Shown: one piece after another, positions 1-5,281 of the stretch
How positions within the stretch are numbered: the first letter of the stretch is position 1
Layout of the letters: every line of letters begins with the position of its first letter
Source of the DNA: an uncultured Caldisericales bacterium
GTDB lineage: Bacteria; Caldisericota; Caldisericia; Caldisericales; Caldisericaceae
Reading direction: 5' to 3'
Assembly: GCA_964405445.1 (NCBI GenBank)
Contig: CAYONU010000036.1
Span: forward strand, 1 to 11,034
Length of the DNA stretch: 11,034 nt
The notes under the pieces: generated by a model
The model's input: the letters and a program-made list of their open reading frames with translations, nothing else
The model's database searches: none
What the model was told of the DNA's origin: nothing
Made by a program: the position numbers and the translations under genes

Positions 1-58
1 TATTACTAATAAGTGTCAATTCATTGCCCTATTTCATAATTCCTTCACATTTGGGTAC

Positions 59-64
59 TATAAT
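59..64 (+). promoter_or_regulatory. Candidate -10 hexamer TATAAT upstream of the first gene; no convincing -35
   Basis: TATAAT at 59-64, followed by the SD AAGGAGG at 82-88 and the ATG at 99. Upstream -35 candidates are ATAATT at 17-nt spacing (poor) and TTCACA at 9-nt spacing (wrong spacing). Confidence 0.25.
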
Positions 65-98
65 ACAATAGATAATAAAATAAGGAGGTTTTATAAAT

Positions 99-614
99 AT
101 GAATAAAAAAATGAAAGTAGTTTTAGTAGCAGCACTTATTATAGGTATTGTTATAACAGCAATGGGATTTGCGTTTGCAGCGAACAAAAATGTAGTTAGT
201 GCAAATTCCGTGAAAAGAAATCACTTAGCTGCTGTAGGCAAAGGGCCGCTATTAGGTAATGGATATAAGTTTGGTAAAATGCAAGAAGCATTAGCAGCAT
301 ATCTTGGTATCAGTGTGGATAATCTAAAAACAGAATTGAAAAGTGGTAAAAGTTTGATAGAAATTGCCGAATCAAACGGTAAAACCAAACAAGGTCTTAT
401 TAATTTTATTGTAGGTAAGATAAAGACAAATTTGAAAATGCTGCTTAATGAAGGAAAAATTGATCAGGCACGTTATAATACAGCTATCACAAATATTGGA
501 GAAAGAGTTAAAGCAATGGTTGAGAAAAATTGCAAAAACTTCGGAAGATACCACCACGAATGGATGGGCAGGAAAGGTTTTAAGCGAGGGCAACCATGTT
601 TGACAAAACCATAA
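99..614 (+). CDS. Hypothetical secreted or membrane-anchored lysine-rich protein (171 aa), possibly DUF2680/YckD-like
   Basis: Strong SD AAGGAGG 10 nt upstream of the ATG. The N-terminal hydrophobic segment MKVVLVAALIIGIVITAMGFAFA ends in AFA-A, a signal-peptidase-like site. The mature part is hydrophilic and helical with segments such as LGISVDNLKTELKSGKSLIEIAESNG. No catalytic motif was recognised. It is followed by an intrinsic terminator. Confidence 0.6.
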   Translation: MNKKMKVVLVAALIIGIVITAMGFAFAANKNVVSANSVKRNHLAAVGKGPLLGNGYKFGKMQEALAAYLGISVDNLKTELKSGKSLIEIAESNGKTKQGLINFIVGKIKTNLKMLLNEGKIDQARYNTAITNIGERVKAMVEKNCKNFGRYHHEWMGRKGFKRGQPCLTKP

Positions 615-653
615 AAATAGTTTGTCTCCTCCTTTAGAAGAGTTTACATATAT

Positions 654-690
654 GGGAAGCCTTTTAGGCTTCCCCTTTTTTATTTATTTT
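654..690 (+). terminator. Rho-independent terminator after the 99-614 gene
   Basis: Perfect 8-bp stem GGGAAGCC (654-661), loop TTTTA (662-666), stem GGCTTCCC (667-674), then a T-rich tract TTTTTTATTTATTTT (676-690). Confidence 0.75.
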
Positions 691-703
691 GTATAATATC
701 TTT

Positions 704-1570
704 ATGAATAAAAGCAAATCTATATTTGTAATTCTTGTTGGAATGATTTCTCTGGGGCTTGCATCTATATTTGTTCGTCTTTGTAATGCACCTCCTGTTG
801 TTATTGCTATGTACAGGATGACTATCAGCGCAATTCTTGTTGCGCCTGTATTTTTCGTTACAAAAAGAAACAAGATAAAATACAGTGAGATTAAAAAAGA
901 TATTATTCCCTTTATCTTTCTTGGCAGTCTTCTTGCCGTGCATTTTATTCTCTGGATTACTTCGCTCTCGTATACAACTGTCCTTTCTTCCACGGTACTT
1001 GTTACAACAAACCCTATTTTCGTTGCTATCTTTTCGCTTATTCTTTTCAAAGAGAGGACAAAAAAAGGCACGGTTATAGGTATTATTGCAGCCTTTATCG
1101 GAAGCGTATTTATCGCCCTTTCTGCAAGGAATGAAGGGGTAGGCAGTAACTTTGGAAACTTTCTTGCGCTCAGCGGTGCAGTTGCCGTATCTTTTTATTT
1201 GATATTCGGTAAAAGATTGAGAGAGCGGTTCGACCTCATTACTTATATATTTTTTGTTTACAGTTTTGCAGCAATCATTCTTATTCTGGCATCCATAATA
1301 ACAAGGCAAAATTTCTTCAATTATTCATACAAAACTTATGTTTATTTTTTCCTTCTCGCATTAATCCCACAAGTTACCGGTCACACAGCATATAACTGGG
1401 CATTGAAATATTTCTCCGCATCCTTTATCGCTGTGGCAATTCTTGGCGAACCCATTTTTGCAACATTCTTTGCATTTGTCATTCTAAAGGAAGTACCAAC
1501 GCTTATAGAACTCGTAGGCGGTGCTTTGATCCTCACCGGTATATATTTTTCCGGACGTGTGGAAATATGA
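704..1570 (+). CDS. EamA/DMT-superfamily transporter, about 10 TM helices. The ORF track starts at TTG 689; ATG 704 is preferred.
   Basis: The protein is hydrophobic throughout, with two repeated about-5-TM halves each ending in an EamA-like segment (LGEPIFATFFAFVILKEVPTLIELVGGALILTGIY). The TTG at 689 lies inside the terminator T-tract. ATG 704 gives MNKSKSIFVILVG... with no SD. TGTATAAT at 690-697 places a -10 element about 7 nt before ATG 704, consistent with a leaderless transcript. Confidence 0.75.
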   Translation: MNKSKSIFVILVGMISLGLASIFVRLCNAPPVVIAMYRMTISAILVAPVFFVTKRNKIKYSEIKKDIIPFIFLGSLLAVHFILWITSLSYTTVLSSTVLVTTNPIFVAIFSLILFKERTKKGTVIGIIAAFIGSVFIALSARNEGVGSNFGNFLALSGAVAVSFYLIFGKRLRERFDLITYIFFVYSFAAIILILASIITRQNFFNYSYKTYVYFFLLALIPQVTGHTAYNWALKYFSASFIAVAILGEPIFATFFAFVILKEVPTLIELVGGALILTGIYFSGRVEI

Positions 1571-1587
1571 AATTTTATAATTTTGGT

Positions 1588-1593
1588 TATAAT
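1588..1593 (+). promoter_or_regulatory. Candidate -10 (TGGTTATAAT context) for the PfpI-macro-RNase H operon
   Basis: TATAAT at 1588-1593 with TG two positions further upstream than canonical extended -10, and a weak -35. It is followed by the SD AGAGGTGA (1601-1608) and the ATG at 1613. Confidence 0.3.
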
Positions 1594-1612
1594 ATAAATA
1601 AGAGGTGATAAA

Positions 1613-2125
1613 ATGAAAAAGGTAGCAGTGCTCATAGAAGATTATTTTAATGAATTTGAAGTAATTTATCCTTATTACAGGTTAAAAGAAGCAGGGTTTG
1701 ATTCTATACTTGTAGCACCGGAGAAGAAATCTTATCATTCTAAAGCAGGGCTTGTCATTGCATCGAAAATATCTATTGATGAAGTAAAAAGTGAGGAGTT
1801 TTATGGCGTTGTTATACCCGGGGGGTACGCACCGGACAGATTGCGGAGAAACGAGAAGATTTTAAAATTTGTTAAAACAATGTTTGATCAAGAAAAACTC
1901 GTTGCGGCTATCTGCCATGCAGGCTGGGTATTAATTTCAGCACACATTGTAAATGGAGTTACCTTAACAGGTTTTTATGCTACAAAAGATGATTTAAAAA
2001 ATGCAGGTGCCAGATATGTAGACGAAGAAGTTGTTGTAGATGAAAATCTCATTACATCAAGATCTCCTGAAGACCTTCCGGCATTTATGAGGGAAGCAAT
2101 AAAGTTTTTAACGGAAAAAGAATAG
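1613..2125 (+). CDS. pfpI: DJ-1/PfpI family protein (intracellular protease / deglycase-like, class I glutamine-amidotransferase-like fold)
   Basis: At 170 aa it matches PfpI length. It aligns along its whole length with Pyrococcus PfpI as I recall it: N-terminal KVAVLIEDYFNEFEVIYPYYRLKEAG, central VIPGGYAPDRLRRNEK, the nucleophile elbow AAICHAGWVLISA (Cys-His), and C-terminal ITSRSPEDLPAFMREAIKFL. SD AGAGGTGA lies upstream. Confidence 0.9.
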   Translation: MKKVAVLIEDYFNEFEVIYPYYRLKEAGFDSILVAPEKKSYHSKAGLVIASKISIDEVKSEEFYGVVIPGGYAPDRLRRNEKILKFVKTMFDQEKLVAAICHAGWVLISAHIVNGVTLTGFYATKDDLKNAGARYVDEEVVVDENLITSRSPEDLPAFMREAIKFLTEKE

Positions 2126-2677
2126 ATGGCAAAAATATTATACGAAAAAAAGATAAATGATGTAGAGATAAAAGCTTTGCAAGGGGACATTACTCTGGAA
2201 GATGTGGATGCTATCGTTAATGCTGCGAATGGGTATCTGTCTCACGGAGGTGGTGTTGCCTATGCCATCGTGAGAAGAGGCGGGAGCATCATTCAGAAGG
2301 AAAGCAATCAAATCATTGAGAAAAGAGGACCTCTTGCAACAGGAGAAGCCACAATCACGACAGGCGGAAATCTCAAGGCAAAGTACGTTATTCATACCGT
2401 AGGACCTGTATGGGGAGAAGGCAATGAAGATGAGAAATTAAAGAATGCGATTCTTTCCGTTATGAAAATTGCAACTCAGCATAAACTAAAGAGTATTAGT
2501 ATCCCTGCGGTAAGCTGTGGCATATTTGGATTTCCTAAGGAGAGAGGCACACTCATTATATACAAGACAGTTATAGATTTTATTAAAGAGAACAAGACTT
2601 CGCTGAAAGAAATTCACCTTATTGGCATAGGAAGAGAAATTCCGGAGCTATTTAAGAAAGCAATGCTGAATGATTGA
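2126..2677 (+). CDS. Macro domain protein, Af1521/YmdB-type (ADP-ribose binding; mono-ADP-ribosyl / O-acetyl-ADP-ribose hydrolase family)
   Basis: Hallmark macro motifs are present: LQGDIT, DAIVNAAN, SHGGGVAYAIVRRGG, VIHTVGPVW, SISIPAVSCGIFGFP. From memory it is collinear with Archaeoglobus Af1521. The ATG at 2126 immediately follows the pfpI stop (TAG 2123-2125), giving zero spacing and translational coupling. Confidence 0.88.
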   Translation: MAKILYEKKINDVEIKALQGDITLEDVDAIVNAANGYLSHGGGVAYAIVRRGGSIIQKESNQIIEKRGPLATGEATITTGGNLKAKYVIHTVGPVWGEGNEDEKLKNAILSVMKIATQHKLKSISIPAVSCGIFGFPKERGTLIIYKTVIDFIKENKTSLKEIHLIGIGREIPELFKKAMLND

Positions 2678-3068
2678 GATATACACAGATGGTGCTTCGA
2701 GAGGCAACCCGGGGAAGAGTGCTGCTGCATTTGTTTTTGTTGAGAACAAAAAAGTAATTTTACTTAAAGCAGAGTACATTGGAAAAACTACAAATAATGT
2801 TGCAGAGTATAAGGCAATGATTTCTGCACTTTCAGAAGCTTTGAACAAAAATATAAAAGAAGTAATACTTACTTCGGATAGCAAACTTGTCATCTCTCAG
2901 GTTAAAGATATTTACAAAGTAAAAGCACAGCACCTAAGAAAACTTAATGAAAAAATAAAGGAATTATCGTCTCAATTCGACAGAATAGATTTTAGGAATG
3001 TAAAAAGAGAAAACAAGTTTGTAAGTATTGCCGATAAGTTCTGTAACACGATTCTGAATCTTTCATAG
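2670..3068 (+). CDS. rnhA: Type 1 ribonuclease H, compact archaeal Sto-RNase HI-like form (132 aa)
   Basis: The N-terminus MIEIYTDGASRGNPG supplies the catalytic Asp. TNNVAEYKAMISAL supplies the Glu. ILTSDSKLVISQVKDIYKVKAQ supplies the Asp and closely resembles the GDSQLVIKQMNGEYKVKAK segment of S. tokodaii RNase HI. The C-terminal RENKFVSIADKF supplies the final Asp. The start overlaps the macro gene stop by 8 nt (ATG 2670-2672 against TGA 2675-2677). Confidence 0.85.
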   Translation: MIEIYTDGASRGNPGKSAAAFVFVENKKVILLKAEYIGKTTNNVAEYKAMISALSEALNKNIKEVILTSDSKLVISQVKDIYKVKAQHLRKLNEKIKELSSQFDRIDFRNVKRENKFVSIADKFCNTILNLS

Positions 3069-3076
3069 GAAATGAT

Positions 3077-3565
3077 ATGAAAATCAGCAAATTACTTTCA
3101 TTAATCGAAGACTTAAATTTAAATGGAACAATTAAGATTTTAAATCAAGGTAAAGCCATAGGAAGTATGAGTTTTTTAAATAAGGATATATCAATTTATC
3201 TGAACGACCCGGATACTATTTTCTCATTGCTCAAAAACTTTTTCCCAGGACAATTCAGTAAAAACGAAGAAATGACAAAAAACAAATTGCTCAAAGCCAA
3301 GTTGAATAATATTTCAGGTATGCTTACTTCTTTTAATGTAAAGGTAACAATATTCCAGAATAATAATGAGGTATTAAGCATAGGAAAAGATGTTAATTCT
3401 GTACTTCTCAATGCGTTAGGCATAAAGAATGTCAGAATAAGAAATATGGCAAGATTGTTGAATCTCTACTCTGTATATAAAAAAGGAGCTTCACCATTGA
3501 AAGAAATGGAATTAAATGTAAAGGATTTGAATGCGATAATTAAGATACAAGCACGTTTGACTTAG
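3077..3565 (+). CDS. Hypothetical cytoplasmic protein (162 aa), last gene of the pfpI-macro-rnhA cluster, possibly DUF4388-like at the N-terminus
   Basis: It starts 8 nt after the RNase H stop with a weak SD (AGGAAA). It has no TM segment and is Asn/Lys/Leu-rich. The N-terminal LLSLIEDLNLNGTIKILNQGKAIGSMSFLNKDISIY ... FSLLKNFFPGQF loosely resembles the DUF4388 signature (L..L.LxxxtGxL.v..g...g.iyf..G... F.F), which is a low-confidence call. The last 9 codons contain the promoter for the downstream pair. Confidence 0.6.
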   Translation: MKISKLLSLIEDLNLNGTIKILNQGKAIGSMSFLNKDISIYLNDPDTIFSLLKNFFPGQFSKNEEMTKNKLLKAKLNNISGMLTSFNVKVTIFQNNNEVLSIGKDVNSVLLNALGIKNVRIRNMARLLNLYSVYKKGASPLKEMELNVKDLNAIIKIQARLT

Positions 3566-3584
3566 TGGTTGCTTAATGTATAAT
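3557..3584 (+). promoter_or_regulatory. Near-consensus sigma-A/sigma-70-type promoter: TTGACT, 16-nt spacer, TATAAT
   Basis: -35 TTGACT at 3557-3562 and -10 TATAAT at 3579-3584, with a 16-nt spacer and TG immediately 5' of the -10 (TGTATAAT). It is positioned to start transcription about 15-20 nt upstream of the SD AAGGAGG (3595-3601) of the 3606 gene. It overlaps the stop codon region of the 162-aa gene (TAG 3563-3565). Confidence 0.5.
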
Positions 3585-3605
3585 GAAAAGAAATAAGGAG
3601 GATAA

Positions 3606-4109
3606 ATGAAAGACTTAAAGAGAGAAATTGATAGTAAAGAAAATGCATACCAGAAGCTAATAGAAAAAATTCCCGGATTTGCAGGATATTTTGAAAGAGA
3701 AAAGAGAAGAATTGCAGATAAGCTACTTAGACAGTATTTTGCAGACCGGCTGAGAAAGACAAAGGATGCACTCTTATCCGAAGGGGACATATTATTGAAA
3801 CAGAAGGATTTTGAAGCAGTGGGGGAACTGAATGATTTAATAAAGCATTTTCAGTTTATCATTGATAAAATAGAGTATGCACCGCAGGGATATTCGGGAT
3901 TTTTCGGCGCGGTAAAAGTGGATTCCGGAATGCTTGATAAGCTTTACTCAGTTGATACTTCCCTTGTTGCCCTTATGGAAGATACGGAAAAAATTATGTC
4001 GGATAAAACAAAAACGGTGAAAGAGATAACAAGTATGATAAAAGACAAATTAAAAGTATTTGAAAGCGTAATTAATGAAAGGAATGAAACGCTTTCAGGC
4101 ATAAAATAG
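3606..4109 (+). CDS. Hypothetical soluble, predicted helical protein (167 aa) co-transcribed with the SPFH/zinc-ribbon gene
   Basis: Strong SD AAGGAGG lies 4 nt before the ATG. It has no TM segment and a charged, heptad-like composition (KREIDSKENAYQKLIEK..., KTKTVKEITSMIKDKLKVFESVINERNE). No family was recognised. Its stop TAG 4107-4109 is embedded in the SD GGAGGTG of the next gene, which indicates coupling. Confidence 0.65.
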   Translation: MKDLKREIDSKENAYQKLIEKIPGFAGYFEREKRRIADKLLRQYFADRLRKTKDALLSEGDILLKQKDFEAVGELNDLIKHFQFIIDKIEYAPQGYSGFFGAVKVDSGMLDKLYSVDTSLVALMEDTEKIMSDKTKTVKEITSMIKDKLKVFESVINERNETLSGIK

Positions 4110-4119
4110 GAGGTGTATA

Positions 4120-5112
4120 ATGTTTTTAGAGATTATTCAATGGTTTGATAAAACAGGGACAGACATCATATCGAAAGTGCCGAAGCAGGGCTCTGCAGAC
4201 ATAAAGATGGGCGCACAACTCATCGTAAGAGAAACAGAGAGCGCTGTTTTCTTCAGGGACGGGAAAGCAATGGATGTGTTTGGCCCTGGCAGGCATATAC
4301 TGTCCACACAAAATCTGCCTGTCCTTACAAGAATGTTCTCTCTGCCTTATGGTTTTAAAAGCCCATTCCAATGTGAAGTTGTATTTGTTGATAGAAAAGT
4401 TTTTCCGAATCTCAAATGGGGTACAACTAATCCTATCCTTTTCAGAGACAAGGAATTGGGGATGGTAAGACTCCGCTCATTTGGTATTTACAGCATGCGT
4501 ATTACCGATCCCGCATTATTTGTAAATACGATTATAGGCACGCAGAATATTTATACAACAGAGCAGTTACAGGATTTTTACAGGTCTGTTATCATTTCCC
4601 GTTTGACAGATGTGTTAGGTGAATCTCTTACGTCTATTCTTGATTTGCCAAAGTTATATGACGAAGTCAGTGGTGCAGCGAAATCAAGGCTTACAATTGA
4701 TTTTAACAAGTATGGTATAGAACTTGTAGACTTCTACATCTCGTCAGTTACAGTACCAGAAGAAGTACAGAAGGTCATCGACGAACGTACGGGAATGAAC
4801 GCAATTGGTAATATGAATCAGTACTTGCAGTTTAAAGCGGCAAAGGCAATGGAAGAAGCAGCAAAAAACCCTACACCCGGGGGTACGGCAGCAGCTGGTG
4901 CGGGACTTGGTATGGGTATGGGAATGGGAATGATTATTCCCGGAATGATGCAGCAAGCAATGAATGCAGAAAAGAATAATCAAAATATACAACAAAAACC
5001 AATGATACAGTGCCCTAACTGTCATAAAATGATACCTGCTGATTCAAAGTTCTGTCCGTATTGCGGATACGAAATTGCAAAAGGTACACCTGATAAGGAA
5101 GGCAAAAAGTAA
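4120..5112 (+). CDS. SPFH/band-7 domain protein with C-terminal zinc ribbon (COG4260, B. subtilis YdjI-like)
   Basis: The N-terminal pattern FLEIIQWFDKTGTDIISKVP...GAQLIVRETESAVFFRDGKAMDVFGPGRHIL...FQCEVVFVDRKVFPNLKWGTTNPI matches, in my recollection, the YdjI family (VVEWEE...LIIRPGQDAVFLNNG...EVLFVNTKEFTVRWGT). The SPFH core is followed by a low-complexity linker AAAGAGLGMGMGMGM and a C-terminal zinc ribbon CPNCHKMIPADSKFCPYCG. The SD GGAGGTG lies 6 nt before the ATG. Confidence 0.85.
   Translation: MFLEIIQWFDKTGTDIISKVPKQGSADIKMGAQLIVRETESAVFFRDGKAMDVFGPGRHILSTQNLPVLTRMFSLPYGFKSPFQCEVVFVDRKVFPNLKWGTTNPILFRDKELGMVRLRSFGIYSMRITDPALFVNTIIGTQNIYTTEQLQDFYRSVIISRLTDVLGESLTSILDLPKLYDEVSGAAKSRLTIDFNKYGIELVDFYISSVTVPEEVQKVIDERTGMNAIGNMNQYLQFKAAKAMEEAAKNPTPGGTAAAGAGLGMGMGMGMIIPGMMQQAMNAEKNNQNIQQKPMIQCPNCHKMIPADSKFCPYCGYEIAKGTPDKEGKK
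4909..4932 (+). repeat. Four tandem hexanucleotide units (GGTATG GGTATG GGAATG GGAATG) encoding (Gly-Met)x4 in the SPFH-protein linker
   Basis: Direct reading of the sequence. It encodes GMGMGMGM between the SPFH domain and the zinc ribbon. Confidence 0.8.
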
Positions 5113-5116
5113 ATAG

Positions 5117-5281
5117 ATGCTTCTCTGGATTATTATTGCTATATGGTTTATCTGTGGAATTTTAAGTAATGTCTTAATAAAAAAGACGAAGCTTTCTTTT
5201 GGCTACCGTTTGTTACTCTTTCTCGAGGGAGCGATAGGGTTAATTTTGCTAACGATATTTAAGGAGGCGATGAATAAATGA
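5117..5281 (+). CDS. Candidate unannotated small membrane protein (54 aa, two predicted TM helices); stop overlaps the DUF2207 start in ATGA
   Basis: It is not in the supplied ORF track, presumably because it falls below the length cutoff. ATG 5117 translates to MLLWIIIAIWFICGILSNVLIKKTKLSFGYRLLLFLEGAIGLILLTIFKEAMNK, then TGA 5279-5281 overlaps ATG 5278-5280 of the next gene. There are two hydrophobic stretches separated by a KKTK loop, consistent with the positive-inside rule. There is no clear SD, so confidence is low. Confidence 0.35.
   Translation: MLLWIIIAIWFICGILSNVLIKKTKLSFGYRLLLFLEGAIGLILLTIFKEAMNK

Noticed and set aside
885-1079. + strand 64-aa ORF inside the EamA gene (alternate frame)
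   Set aside because: It is out of frame within a clearly membrane-protein-encoding gene. It has no SD and its product is leucine/serine-rich nonsense.
2126-3068. Possibility that macro and RNase H are one frameshifted fusion gene or a pseudogene
   Set aside because: The macro ORF contains a complete macro domain ending at a bona fide stop. The RNase H ORF begins with its own ATG placed exactly where type 1 RNase H proteins start (the catalytic Asp is at residue 7). Both are complete domains, so an 8-nt overlap with coupling is the simpler reading.
4274-4468. + strand 64-aa ORF inside the SPFH gene (alternate frame)
   Set aside because: It is embedded in the conserved SPFH N-terminal domain, with no independent start signals.
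5170-5200. Possible terminator hairpin around GACGAAGCTTTCTTTTGG after the SPFH gene
   Set aside because: The apparent symmetry is just the 6-bp HindIII palindrome AAGCTT, which cannot form a stable stem-loop. No GC-rich stem plus T-tract is present. The region is better explained as coding for the small TM ORF.
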